Of a stretch of 64,000 nt of DNA, positions 1 to 9,143 are shown piece after piece. The position numbers and the translations under genes are program-made. How positions within the stretch are numbered: position 1 is the stretch's first letter; each line of letters starts with the position of its first letter. The notes below the pieces were generated by a model that was not told the DNA's origin, did no database searches, and saw nothing but the letters and a program-made list of their open reading frames with translations. The DNA lies in contig CAVAGB010000007.1 of the NCBI GenBank assembly GCA_963588055.1, positions 7,699 to 71,698 of the forward strand. The letters are read 5' to 3'. Source of the DNA: Erysipelotrichaceae bacterium. Its GTDB lineage: Bacteria > Bacillota_I > Bacilli_A > RFN20 > CAG-826.

Positions 1-60
1 GTGGAAGAGGCCCTTTGCTTTGGTTGGATCGATTCCGTTTGAAAGAAGATTGACGGGGAG

Positions 61-423
61 ATGTGGAGCAGATTCGCCCCTCGCCAGAAGAAAAGCCCTT
101 GGACGGAACTCAATAAGGAAAGGGTTCGCCGTTTGGAGAGGCTCTTCCTCATGACTGAGCCTGGGCGGAAAGCTCTCCCCAAAATGGGGCCGAGGAGCTT
201 CAAAATCGATTCAGACGTCGAAAAGGCGATAAAAGAAGCCAAGGCCTGGTCAAAATTCAAATCCTTCCCCGCGCTTTACCAAAGAATCAGGGCGTACAAC
301 GTCGCCTTCTATAAAGGAAAAGACCGCGAATCATACGAAAAAGCCCTTCGTCACCTCATCGAAGAGACTTTGGAAGGGAAGATGTACGGCGAGTGGGACG
401 ATTACGGAAGGCTGAGCCAATGA
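61..423 (+). CDS. hypothetical protein (120 aa, basic)
   Basis: ATG-initiated ORF from the supplied track; no recognisable motif; close to the window start, so the context is unknown. Confidence 0.4.
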   Translation: MWSRFAPRQKKSPWTELNKERVRRLERLFLMTEPGRKALPKMGPRSFKIDSDVEKAIKEAKAWSKFKSFPALYQRIRAYNVAFYKGKDRESYEKALRHLIEETLEGKMYGEWDDYGRLSQ

Positions 424-461
424 AAAAACGCAGCGACGAGGCTGCGCATCATTCATTGGAT

Positions 462-535
462 TGGCAGGGGCGGAAGGAATCGAACCCTCACCAAAGGTTT
501 TGGAGACCTTTGTTCTGCCATTAAACTACGCCCCT
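462..535 (-). tRNA. tRNA-Trp (anticodon CCA)
   Basis: Reverse complement reads AGGGGCG...GGTCTCCAAAACC...GGTTCGATTCC...CGCCCCTGCCA. The 7-bp acceptor stem is AGGGGCG/CGCCCCT, the TPsiC box is GTTCGATTCC, the anticodon loop is CTCCAAA, and CCA is encoded. Confidence 0.8.
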
Positions 536-566
536 ATTGCCCTCGATGGCTCGACGGCAAGCGAGA

Positions 567-983
567 TTATAAACCCCGCACGATTTTGGAAACAAGACCC
601 ATATCCACTTTTCCGGCGTAATTGGCCTTGAAGTGCTTCATCACGGAGGGCATGGATTTGTCATCCAAGGAGTCGATGATCTTCCTGATCTCGCCCTCGC
701 CCATCATCTTGGGCAAGAAGGAAACGATCGCGTCCAGCTGCTCCTGGCAGGCTTTGCCGGAATCGGCCCTGCCGGCTTTGAGATAGCCGTCTCTCTCCTC
801 TTCTAGCTCCTTCGAGAACTTCTGGAGGATGCGGACGACCTCGGCGTCCCCCACTTCTTTGCCAGAGCCGTTGGTTTTGGCCTCTTGGTAGCGCGAAATC
901 ACCATCGCGTAGGCGTTTCTTCTATTGGAATCGTGGGCCTTCATAGCCTCGATATTGGCTTTTCTGATGTCGTCGATAATCAT
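567..983 (-). CDS. yqeY: GatB/YqeY domain protein
   Basis: 138-aa protein with a YqeY-like N-terminus (IRKANIEAMKAHD) and overall family resemblance. Confidence 0.75.
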   Translation of the reverse strand: MIIDDIRKANIEAMKAHDSNRRNAYAMVISRYQEAKTNGSGKEVGDAEVVRILQKFSKELEEERDGYLKAGRADSGKACQEQLDAIVSFLPKMMGEGEIRKIIDSLDDKSMPSVMKHFKANYAGKVDMGLVSKIVRGL

Positions 984-1044
984 GGGATGACCTCTCTTTC
1001 GCCTCTATTCTACCATCGCCAAAGAAGACGGAAGAAAGACTTGA

Positions 1045-2718
1045 TCATTCCTCGTGGGCGAGCTCGTTCTTCTTCTTGCTTGAGTAATAAAGGATCTCCT
1101 CGCGGACGTTGGAGATGCCGTAGAAGAGAGGGAAGATCTCTAGACGGCCAACCAAGCAGCCGATCGATAGGACCCAAAGCAAAGTGCCGTAGTATTCCGG
1201 GTACTTGGCCCCGTAATAGACGTAGTCGGTCATCGAGAGACCGGTGTTGCTCATCGCGCTCGCCACGTTGAAGGCCGCGACCTCGGAATCGATCTCGGGC
1301 AGGAAATTCAAAATGATGATGGAGGCGATGAAGAAGCCGAGGAAGAGCACGGTGTATTGGCTCGCTTCCTTCACGGTTGCGTCGTCGATCTCGCTTTCCT
1401 CGCCATAGCGATAAGTGCGATGGGGATGGAGGATGCGGGAGGGGGAATTCTGGTAGCGCATCCTGTAATAAAGGTCCTTCAGCATGATGCAGACGCGGTA
1501 TTGCTTGATCCCTCCGCCGCAGCTCCCCGCTCCGCCTCCGATCACCATGAGGACGGTGCCGACGTAGATGAGCGGCTTGCCCAGCTCAAGCATCCTGCTC
1601 ATCGAGGTGGAGGCGAAGCCTGAAGTGGTCGCGCAGCCCACGATGTAGAAGACGCTGTCCATGATGTTGTTGTCGATGTTGTCGAGGTAATTCGACCCGT
1701 ACTTGTAGATGCTCCCGCAGGCGGAGATGAAGCAGCCGAGGAAAAGCGCGACGAAGAAGAAGCGCACCTCGTCGTCTTTGAAGAACTGCTTGAAGCGCCC
1801 GGTAAGCAAAAAGGTGTGCAAGACGAAGGAGATGCCCGAGAGGATGACGAGCACCAAGACGATGATCTGGATCGCCAGAGGATTGGCCTCGTACAGCCCG
1901 TTGGTCACCCCCGCCCCCGAATAATAGGCGATGTTGCTGCTTCTAGGCGAAAAGCCCCCGCCGGAGAGCGCGGCCATCGAGGTGGTCGCCGCGTCGAAAG
2001 GCTCCATCCCGGCGAAGAACAAGGCAAGCGCCCCGACCGCGGTGTAGAGGATGTAGATGCCGAAGATCCGCCCGGCGCTCCGCTTGAGGTTGGGCAGTAG
2101 CCTGTCGCCATGGCCTTCGCCGACGTAAAGCGACATGCCCGCGCTGTTGCCTAGCACCATCGAAAGCAGAAGGACCAAGCCGACGCCTCCGACGAACTGC
2201 ATCTCCGCGCGGTGGAAGGTGTATAGATGGGGGCAGAATGAGCCGCCTAGCTGCAAAGTGTAAAGCGAGGCGCTGTCGGGGGAATAGACGAGCCTCCCGT
2301 CGACGAAATCCTTGAAGCAAGTGAGGCCGGTCGTGCTATAGGCCGAGGCGCTTTCGAAGAAGGACTCGGTGAAGGTCATGCTCATGTTCCCGGAAAGATA
2401 GGCGAGATAGAAAGGGAAAGCCCCCGAAAGCACGGCGGCGATCCAAATCAAGACCAAAAGGGCGCTGTTCTCGTTGCGCGCGAAATTCGCCCTCTGCCTT
2501 TTGAAGATGAAGAAGAAATAAAGGAAGAGGCCGAGCGCTATGTCGAAAAGGGCGGGGTAGGCGAAATAGCTCCAGCCCTTCGCCTCGTCGTGGTAAAAGA
2601 TGAGCAAAGCAAGAGGCAACGCGGTCAAAATGCCGATGAGCACCAAAAAAATCCCGAGGTATCCGAACACCATCCTCGGGCCCATGACCGTTTTGCCGCT
2701 GTTCTCTTGGCGTCTCAT
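1045..2718 (-). CDS. trkH: TrkH/KtrB-family K+ uptake membrane subunit
   Basis: Polytopic membrane protein with a TrkH-like pattern of repeated glycine-rich pore motifs. The track ORF runs to 2955, but the start chosen here is the ATG at 2718, which overlaps the trkA stop as ATGA; the upstream extension is Arg/Pro-rich high-GC artefact. Confidence 0.75.
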   Translation of the reverse strand: MRRQENSGKTVMGPRMVFGYLGIFLVLIGILTALPLALLIFYHDEAKGWSYFAYPALFDIALGLFLYFFFIFKRQRANFARNENSALLVLIWIAAVLSGAFPFYLAYLSGNMSMTFTESFFESASAYSTTGLTCFKDFVDGRLVYSPDSASLYTLQLGGSFCPHLYTFHRAEMQFVGGVGLVLLLSMVLGNSAGMSLYVGEGHGDRLLPNLKRSAGRIFGIYILYTAVGALALFFAGMEPFDAATTSMAALSGGGFSPRSSNIAYYSGAGVTNGLYEANPLAIQIIVLVLVILSGISFVLHTFLLTGRFKQFFKDDEVRFFFVALFLGCFISACGSIYKYGSNYLDNIDNNIMDSVFYIVGCATTSGFASTSMSRMLELGKPLIYVGTVLMVIGGGAGSCGGGIKQYRVCIMLKDLYYRMRYQNSPSRILHPHRTYRYGEESEIDDATVKEASQYTVLFLGFFIASIIILNFLPEIDSEVAAFNVASAMSNTGLSMTDYVYYGAKYPEYYGTLLWVLSIGCLVGRLEIFPLFYGISNVREEILYYSSKKKNELAHEE

Positions 2719-3455
2719 TTTGCCCCTTCGCTTTTGTCTTTCGAGGGTTTCTGGGCCTTGCCCGCGACCTTGGAGACGATCAGCCCGCTCTTCTGCTTCT
2801 CCTGGCGGATGAAGTTCATGACCTTCCTTTGGTCGGTCGGGGCGCAGACGAGGAGGAGGTTGTCTTTGGGGAGAATGATGGTGTCGCCTTTCGGGATGAT
2901 GACGTCCGGGGTGCGGTAGATGCAGGCGACGGAGACGTAGCTTGGGAAGCGGCAATCCTTGAGGGCGAGCCCAGCGATGCGGTACTTCGAAAGCACCACC
3001 GCCTCGATCATCGTGATCTTGTCGTTCTCCAAGGAGAGGGTCTTAAGCATCGAAGCCAAAGAGGTCTCGCTTTGGACGGATTGGCCGAGGAGGTAGGTCG
3101 CCGAGATGACGCTGTCGATGCCCATGGCTTTGTAGAGGTCGACGTTCTTAGGGTTGTTGACGACGCAGATGCATTTCTTCGCGTCGAAGACTTGCTTGGC
3201 CATGAGGCAGGAGGCGAAGTTATCCGTGTCCTTGTCGCAAAGCGAGATGAAGGCGTCGGCGTTATAGGCGTCTGCCTCCTCGAGGCTTTTCCTGCGCCAG
3301 GGCTGCCCGACGTAGACTGGGACGCGGTAGCGTTTCATGATGATCTCGGCCTCCTCTTGGGAGGAATTGATGACGATGAGCTCGTTCTTCTTGTCCTTGA
3401 ACATGGACACGATGAACTCGGCCTGAGGGCCGCCGCCGGCGATGATGATCTTCAT
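2715..3455 (-). CDS. trkA: TrkA-N (KtrA-like) NAD-binding K+ transport regulatory subunit
   Basis: N-terminal Rossmann motif KIIIAGGG; TrkA_N/TrkA_C-like organisation; ATGA-coupled to trkH. Confidence 0.75.
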   Translation of the reverse strand: MKIIIAGGGPQAEFIVSMFKDKKNELIVINSSQEEAEIIMKRYRVPVYVGQPWRRKSLEEADAYNADAFISLCDKDTDNFASCLMAKQVFDAKKCICVVNNPKNVDLYKAMGIDSVISATYLLGQSVQSETSLASMLKTLSLENDKITMIEAVVLSKYRIAGLALKDCRFPSYVSVACIYRTPDVIIPKGDTIILPKDNLLLVCAPTDQRKVMNFIRQEKQKSGLIVSKVAGKAQKPSKDKSEGAK

Positions 3456-3868
3456 TGCTTGTCCACCCCCGCGCGAAGTAAAGAGAAGCGGTCAAGCGAC
3501 AGCTGGAAGGGATAGATGGCCTTGATCGGCATGCCTTGAATGAGAAGGCCTTTGTCGGGATCGTCGAAGCGGACGTAGATATAAGGGACCTCGAACTTCT
3601 TGCAGCAGATGTAGGCGAGGTAGAGGTTCACGTTGTCGTCTCCCGTGGTGATGATGACTTCGTTGGCGTTCTCCACCCCCGCGTCGACGAGCTCGTCGAT
3701 GTCGGTGGTGTCGGCGGCGATGGTGATGCCTGAAAAAGCGTCGTTGAGTTTCTCGAAGGAGCTTTTGTCCGAGTCCATGACGACGACGTTGCCGCCCATT
3801 TGGGAGGAGTAGTTCGCGATTGAGGCGCCTAGCCTCCCGCAGCCTAAGACGATGGTGAGATTGCGCAT
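3452..3868 (-). CDS. Second TrkA-N domain protein (KtrA-like paralog)
   Basis: Rossmann motif IVLGCGRLG at the N-terminus; stop overlaps the downstream trkA start (ATGA). Confidence 0.7.
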   Translation of the reverse strand: MRNLTIVLGCGRLGASIANYSSQMGGNVVVMDSDKSSFEKLNDAFSGITIAADTTDIDELVDAGVENANEVIITTGDDNVNLYLAYICCKKFEVPYIYVRFDDPDKGLLIQGMPIKAIYPFQLSLDRFSLLRAGVDKQ

Positions 3869-3949
3869 AAGTTTTGCCTCGAAAAGTATAGTCTCCCTTC
3901 AGGGAGAGGGCAACGCGAAAGGAAGTGGACCTTCAGTTTGAAGGAATCA

Positions 3950-5209
3950 TCAAAAGAGCGAATCGCTCAATAAGAATTTCTCAAAACTCAGCGCTTGGAT
4001 GGACGACGGTATCTCCTCTTGCAAGCGATTGTTGGCGAAAACAATCAGTTTCTGCGCGGAATTCGGTGCCAGAAGCAGATTACCGAGTTCCCTCTCTCGG
4101 TTTTTCTCTTCCAAAGTGTGCACGGCCTGAACATAGAAGGTCATTTCCTTGCTTTCGAAGATGAAATCGATCTCCCCAGTTTCGCCATTTGGCTTCAAAA
4201 CGAGACCTCCATGAGGGTTGATTCCCCTTGACCGAAGCTCGAGGTAGATGGCGTTTTCTATCGCCGCTGCGCTTCTATACACTTCACTCGCCTCGGATAT
4301 GACATTCAAAAGGCCGAGGTCGAAGCAGTATTTCTTTATGCGGTGATCCATGAAATCGGCTTCTGGCCGTTCCTTCTCCCCGCGAGAGAGTTGAAAATCG
4401 CAAACCAAGAAAGAAGATGAGATGGCTTCGATGAAGTCGAGTATCTCCTTCTTCAGCAGAAGCACCTGTTCCCTATTCAAAACGGATTTCCTCGTAACCC
4501 CCTTGATGATCTGAGATTCGCTCAAGGGGGAAGTCAGATTGGAAAGCATCCTGACGAGGATCTTCTCCTTTTCGATGTTGGAGAGGTAGCGCCCTTGGAA
4601 CCTTTCCTTTATGTCGACCAAATAGGTGTCACAATAAAGCTCTTCGAGGAGGTCCCTTCGCTCCCCTTCCTTCCTCTTCAGGACCATTGGAATCGCTCCA
4701 TATTCCAGATAATCCTTGGCATCATAATCCGGAAGGCGGCTTCGGATTTCCCGAAACGAGAGCGGGCGGAGGAAGATCGCTTTCGCTTTTTCCTTGAACG
4801 CCTTCCTGATGTCGTCAGAGAGAGTTTTGCTGTTGGAACCCGTCACAAACAGATTGATTCCGGGATTGCGCTTGGCGAATGAAATCAAAACATCCGCATA
4901 CCCCTCCCCCGCCATTTGGATCTCGTCCACGAATATGAATTTCGTCCCTCTGAAGGAAGCCTCCTCTAGCAAATCCCGCAGCGAAGCAGAGTCCCTCACT
5001 TTCTCATGAGGGCCCGACAGGTCTGCTTTGAATATATCGGCGGGGCGATAACCGCGCCGAAGCAACGCGCTATAGAAAAGTTCATTAAGCAGATAAGTCT
5101 TTCCAGCGCCTCTTAATCCGGCCACGACTTTGATTTTCGAAGCATCTTCCGCGGATGAAAGCAGCTCCTGCAGTTCGATTTTCCTCTCAAAGACAATTTC
5201 CCTCGCCAT
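3950..5209 (-). CDS. AAA ATPase of the AAA_14/DUF4143-type 'ATP-binding protein' family
   Basis: Walker A GLRGAGKTYLL and Walker B FIFVDEIQ; ~420 aa with a C-terminal DUF4143-like region. Confidence 0.65.
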   Translation of the reverse strand: MAREIVFERKIELQELLSSAEDASKIKVVAGLRGAGKTYLLNELFYSALLRRGYRPADIFKADLSGPHEKVRDSASLRDLLEEASFRGTKFIFVDEIQMAGEGYADVLISFAKRNPGINLFVTGSNSKTLSDDIRKAFKEKAKAIFLRPLSFREIRSRLPDYDAKDYLEYGAIPMVLKRKEGERRDLLEELYCDTYLVDIKERFQGRYLSNIEKEKILVRMLSNLTSPLSESQIIKGVTRKSVLNREQVLLLKKEILDFIEAISSSFLVCDFQLSRGEKERPEADFMDHRIKKYCFDLGLLNVISEASEVYRSAAAIENAIYLELRSRGINPHGGLVLKPNGETGEIDFIFESKEMTFYVQAVHTLEEKNRERELGNLLLAPNSAQKLIVFANNRLQEEIPSSIQALSFEKFLLSDSLF

Positions 5210-6314
5210 AGATTCGCAGGCCCTCCTTCAACAGAGTTTCCAACGAATAGTAGATCAGCCCATCGTCACCGTATCTCACCCCGCCGAGAGCGTCCAAACT
5301 GACGATCACCTTCGGCAAAGAGGAAGGGGCGAGCCTGGCTTTTTCCACCAAATCGTCGGCCAAACTCTCTCCCGGGAAAAGAAGGAAGGACCATCCGTTT
5401 TTCTTAACGAGGAATCCCGCATCCGTATCGCGGCAATAAGTCTTTCGGTTCCGCTGAGACTCATAGATCGCCTTTTTCACGTCCCAGCGGTCGTAAAGGA
5501 GCTTCGCGATGAGGGCGGAAGCCACGCAAAGGTCCGTCTTCTTTTTACCTCTAGCAACAATTTTATAGTAACGTCCGTCAATCGGAAAAACGACTTTGCC
5601 TGAGATCGCCCTTTTTTGTTTGATGTCCCATCGTTCGATGAAATAGCAAATGCCCAATCCTTCTATTCTCTCGATGACCGCCTTCGAACGATACCAAGAA
5701 AAGGGTTTTTTTGTCTTTTTGCTGATTTCTTTGGCCAAGCCGCATTCAGTCAGAGGCTTCGCGTCGTGACGAAGAATCGCCGCAAGGCAAGCCGTTTCTA
5801 ACCTGTTCAAAGTCTCCAGGTTCTTCGCGACAACGTCCTCATCGAGATCGTTGCAGGTCAAAAAGCCAAAAGCATCGGAGTTAGGATGCTTCTTCAAATA
5901 ATCGGTGTATAGGGTGGATGGGAAATGAGATGTTTCCAGCCTCCCGCGAATCAAGGTCTGCTTTTCGAGCGAATGAACCGGGAAAGCCGTTTGGGCGATT
6001 GCGAAAAGGTCTATGTTCTTCCTTCTCGCGCATAAGTTCACGAGCGCGTCAAAATCAGCGAAATCCCAAAGATCCTTCGCCAAGACGAAGACCCGCCCAT
6101 TCTCGCTCGTGTTCGAAAGACACTCTTTTTTTATCTCTTCGGATGTTAGGTCTCTGGTATCAACGATTTTGGCTTGCGGATGCTCTCTTTCTAAGCGCGA
6201 TCTCAACGTTTCGAAAAGGAAAGCCTCATTCCCGGCTCCATAAGCGCCGTAGATGATTTTGACCATTCCGTCACCGACGGCGTTTATAAGAAAATCAATC
6301 AACGCTTCTTTCAT
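5187..6314 (-). CDS. Paralogous DUF4143-type ATPase-like protein with a degenerate P-loop
   Basis: Weak P-loop YGAYGAGNE; similar length and architecture to the downstream neighbour; overlaps it by 23 nt. Confidence 0.55.
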   Translation of the reverse strand: MKEALIDFLINAVGDGMVKIIYGAYGAGNEAFLFETLRSRLEREHPQAKIVDTRDLTSEEIKKECLSNTSENGRVFVLAKDLWDFADFDALVNLCARRKNIDLFAIAQTAFPVHSLEKQTLIRGRLETSHFPSTLYTDYLKKHPNSDAFGFLTCNDLDEDVVAKNLETLNRLETACLAAILRHDAKPLTECGLAKEISKKTKKPFSWYRSKAVIERIEGLGICYFIERWDIKQKRAISGKVVFPIDGRYYKIVARGKKKTDLCVASALIAKLLYDRWDVKKAIYESQRNRKTYCRDTDAGFLVKKNGWSFLLFPGESLADDLVEKARLAPSSLPKVIVSLDALGGVRYGDDGLIYYSLETLLKEGLRIYGEGNCL

Positions 6315-6428
6315 ATGCCGATTTTATTTAATGTTTTCTTGCTCGTCAAGTTTTTACTAAATTCATAATATAAAAGAACGGGCATGCCGAACGAATACCG
6401 CCTATTTGACTCTTCGACCCACATGACT

Positions 6429-6453
6429 AAAAAACGCCGTGACGGCGTTTTTG
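6429..6453. terminator. Bidirectional rho-independent terminator
   Basis: AAAAACGCCGTGACGGCGTTTTT: a 6-bp GC stem flanked by A and T runs on both strands, directly after the 6471..7076 gene. Confidence 0.6.
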
Positions 6454-6470
6454 GCTTTGGCTAGTTCAAA

Positions 6471-7076
6471 CTATCCAGGGATCAGATCATCGCTCAGCCG
6501 CAATGAGGTGAGCATCTCGGTCTTCGGGTATTTGGCGCTTATCTCGGCGTATTTGGCCTTCGTGTCCTTCTTCTTCAAGCCTTTGAAGCCGAGGTCGCGA
6601 TAGCGGGCCAGGCACCACTTCACGTACTCGTATGTCCCTTGGCTCATGTAATAATTCTTCGCGTGTTTGACGAAATAGTCGTAGGTGGTCTCGGGTTTGA
6701 AGCCTTTGGGGTTGTAGTTCTTGGAGGCGCTGATCATGTCGCAGACGTATTCGGTCGCATAGACCCAAGGCATCGTCCTGACGATGATGCGGCCGCAGAA
6801 GAAATCGGTCCAGTATTCCCAGTGGTGCTTGTTCCTCTTCGTGTGGTGCTGGCAGATGGAGGAGAAGTAGCCGTTGACGAGTCGCTCCTCGTAGACGGGG
6901 GAGTGGTCGCCTGCGTAATGCAGGGCGGAATTGTGGAACTCGGTATAGCCGTATTTGGTGAGGTCATGCCTGAGGCAATGCCAAAAGATGCCGCAGTGGA
7001 AGCCGTTTCTGATCACCATGTGGCGATGGTGGGTGATCAGCAGGAAATGGCGGAAAGGATGGTAGCCCGCTTTCAT
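6471..7076 (-). CDS. Hypothetical His/Trp/Tyr-rich protein (201 aa)
   Basis: ORF rich in His, Cys, Trp and Tyr (HHRHMVIRNGFHCGIFWHCLRHD...) with a terminator downstream; no recognised family. Confidence 0.5.
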   Translation of the reverse strand: MKAGYHPFRHFLLITHHRHMVIRNGFHCGIFWHCLRHDLTKYGYTEFHNSALHYAGDHSPVYEERLVNGYFSSICQHHTKRNKHHWEYWTDFFCGRIIVRTMPWVYATEYVCDMISASKNYNPKGFKPETTYDYFVKHAKNYYMSQGTYEYVKWCLARYRDLGFKGLKKKDTKAKYAEISAKYPKTEMLTSLRLSDDLIPG

Positions 7077-7819
7077 AGTTCCCCTCCCAATATGGCGGAC
7101 AGCGCCTGCCCGATGTCATCCCGCAGAACATAGTCGAAACGGTCGTCAAGAGGGGTCGGCTCGGCGTTGATGAGCACGCTTTTGCCGCCTGAGAAATATC
7201 CGGGCAGCATCGCGGCCGGCTGGACTCTGAGGCTAGTGCCCCCCACTATCAGAAGATTGGCGAACCTCGTCGCGTTCATCGCCCCAAGGAAGGCGTCTTC
7301 GGGCAAGGCCTCCTCATAGAGGACGACGTCGGGCTTGATGACGCCCCCGCAGGAGCATCTAGGGACGCCATGGTGCTTGATCTCATCCAAGGCGTAGCGC
7401 TTCCCGCAAGTTGGGCAGGTGTAGCTCGCGGTGCTCCCATGGATCTCAAGCACGCGCTTCGAGCCCGCTTTTTGATGCAGGCCGTCGATGTTTTGGGTGA
7501 TGATCGTGAGCTTGTTGGGGTGGCGTTTCTCGAAATCCGCCAAAGCGAGGTGGGCGAGGTTGGGCTTCGCGGAGAAGGAAACCATCGTCGACCAGTAGAA
7601 ATCGTAGAAGGTCTCCGGGTCTTCCTCGAAGAAAGAAAGGGAGAGCATCTCCTCGTATGGGCGGCCGTATTTCGAGCGCACGTTATAAAGCCCTTCGGGC
7701 GAGCGGAAATCCGGTATCCCCGAGGCCGTGGAGACCCCCGCGCCGCCCAAAAAGACGATGCGTTTGGCGTCTTTGACGAGTTTTCTAAGCTCCCCGAGCG
7801 TCTCTTCGTCCATGCTCAT
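7073..7819 (-). CDS. cobB: NAD-dependent protein deacylase (sirtuin)
   Basis: GAGVSTASGIPDFR motif, Zn-ribbon cysteines CPTCG...CSCGG, and the GTSLRVQPAA motif. Confidence 0.85.
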   Translation of the reverse strand: MSMDEETLGELRKLVKDAKRIVFLGGAGVSTASGIPDFRSPEGLYNVRSKYGRPYEEMLSLSFFEEDPETFYDFYWSTMVSFSAKPNLAHLALADFEKRHPNKLTIITQNIDGLHQKAGSKRVLEIHGSTASYTCPTCGKRYALDEIKHHGVPRCSCGGVIKPDVVLYEEALPEDAFLGAMNATRFANLLIVGGTSLRVQPAAMLPGYFSGGKSVLINAEPTPLDDRFDYVLRDDIGQALSAILGGEL

Positions 7820-8511
7820 TTCCTCTTGGCGAAGACCCTGGAGAGGACCTCGCCTTGGAATTCCTCTTTGGGAAGGGGAGCGCTCTTTCCTTCCTCGGCG
7901 AGCTCAAGCTCCTTCTTGAAAAGCGAGGCGAGGACGTCGATCGCGCGGTTGGTCACCCCGTCGTTGTTCACGATGAGGTCCGCGTAGATGCTCGAAGGCT
8001 CGACGACCTCGTCGTACATCGGCTGCACGGTGGCGAAATACTGCTTCACGATGCCCTCGAATTCCCTTCCCCTCTCCTCGGAGTCGCGGATCAGGCGGCG
8101 GAGGAAGCGCCTCTCGGCGGAGGCGGAGATGAAGACGCGGAGGTCGCCCATCTGGCGGAGCTCTTTGTCGACGAGGGCCATGATGCCCTCGATCACGACC
8201 AATTCCCTCGGGGCGATCTCCTCGATCTTATCCGAGCGCGTCCTCTCCACGAAATCGTAGACGGGCTTCTTGATGGCCTCCCCTCTTTTCAAGGCGGCGA
8301 CTTGCTCCCTCATGAGCTTCCAATCGAAGGCGCGGGGATGGTCGTAATTGACCTTAAGCCTCTCCTCCGCGCTCATCGCGGACTGGTCCTTGTAATAGTC
8401 GTCCAAAGTCAGGTGGGTGATCTTCTCCCCTCCCACTTCGGCGATGACTTTCTTCGTGAGGTAGCTCTTGCCTGAGCTGGAGCCTCCCCCGATGAGTATG
8501 AGCCTAGGCAT
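7816..8511 (-). CDS. udk: Uridine kinase
   Basis: P-loop GGGSSSGKS, LTLDDYY and the conserved uridine-kinase core; ATGA overlap with cobB. Confidence 0.85.
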   Translation of the reverse strand: MPRLILIGGGSSSGKSYLTKKVIAEVGGEKITHLTLDDYYKDQSAMSAEERLKVNYDHPRAFDWKLMREQVAALKRGEAIKKPVYDFVERTRSDKIEEIAPRELVVIEGIMALVDKELRQMGDLRVFISASAERRFLRRLIRDSEERGREFEGIVKQYFATVQPMYDEVVEPSSIYADLIVNNDGVTNRAIDVLASLFKKELELAEEGKSAPLPKEEFQGEVLSRVFAKRK

Positions 8512-9058
8512 GTCTTTTCCCCTCTATCTCATTCAAAGCGCTCTCCACCCCGGCTAAGTCCGAGCAGGCATAGGGCGCGCCCGTCCAATCGGGTTTGATG
8601 AAACCATGCTCGCGGAAGGAGGCAAGGAGATCGCATACGGGATCGTAGAACCCGTTCACGCTGAAAAGGATGACCCCTCCTTTAGCCTGCCCCAGCCCGA
8701 TGTCGGTCATGGCTTCCGAGATCTCATCGAGGGTCCCGATGCCCCCGGGCAAAGCGATGAAGCAATCCGCGAGGTCGATCATCTTCTGCTTCCTCTCCGA
8801 CATCGTCTCGGTCATGATGAGGGCGGTTATGGAATCGGTGACGGCGCCAGAGTCCAAGAAGAAGCGCGGCTCCACCGCGATCACTTCTCCCCCAGCCTGA
8901 AAAGCAGCGTCGCTCAAGACGCCCATCAAGCCTTTCCTCGAGCCGCCGTAAACCAAGGTGTCGCCCCGCTTTGCGAGGAATTCCCCAAGCTCCTTGGCGG
9001 CTTTAGAGAAAGAAGGGTCGTCGCCTAGACTCGACCCGCAGAAAACGCAAACTTTCAT
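8504..9058 (-). CDS. LOG-family cytokinin riboside 5'-monophosphate phosphoribohydrolase-like protein
   Basis: MKVCVFCGS...GGSRKGLMG...ALPGGIGTLDE motifs; the start is the internal ATG at 9058, because the longer track ORF is preceded by junk. Confidence 0.8.
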   Translation of the reverse strand: MKVCVFCGSSLGDDPSFSKAAKELGEFLAKRGDTLVYGGSRKGLMGVLSDAAFQAGGEVIAVEPRFFLDSGAVTDSITALIMTETMSERKQKMIDLADCFIALPGGIGTLDEISEAMTDIGLGQAKGGVILFSVNGFYDPVCDLLASFREHGFIKPDWTGAPYACSDLAGVESALNEIEGKRHA

Positions 9059-9143
9059 AACGCGTCCATTGTTGCCCTTTTTCTTCCTCAATGGAAGAAG
9101 GAATGCGCTTTCCTTTTTCCTCCTTCTCTTTACAATTGTCGCC

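Noticed and set aside
1816-2320. Several 70-125-aa ORFs on both strands inside trkH (e.g. 1816..2100 +, 1943..2320 -)
   Set aside because: Arg/Pro/Gly-rich translations that lie antisense to, or out of frame with, a well-supported membrane-transporter gene; high-GC frame artefacts
2719-2955. N-terminal 79-aa extension of the trkH ORF (MPLPKLRLRRLHLP...)
   Set aside because: Low-complexity Arg/His/Pro sequence that overlaps trkA in another frame; the ATG at 2718 forms an ATGA junction with trkA and gives a sensible TrkH N-terminus
7370-8475. Long plus-strand ORFs (205 aa, 206 aa) opposite cobB and udk
   Set aside because: Antisense to two genes with unmistakable catalytic motifs; the translations are Gly/Arg/Leu-rich with no motifs
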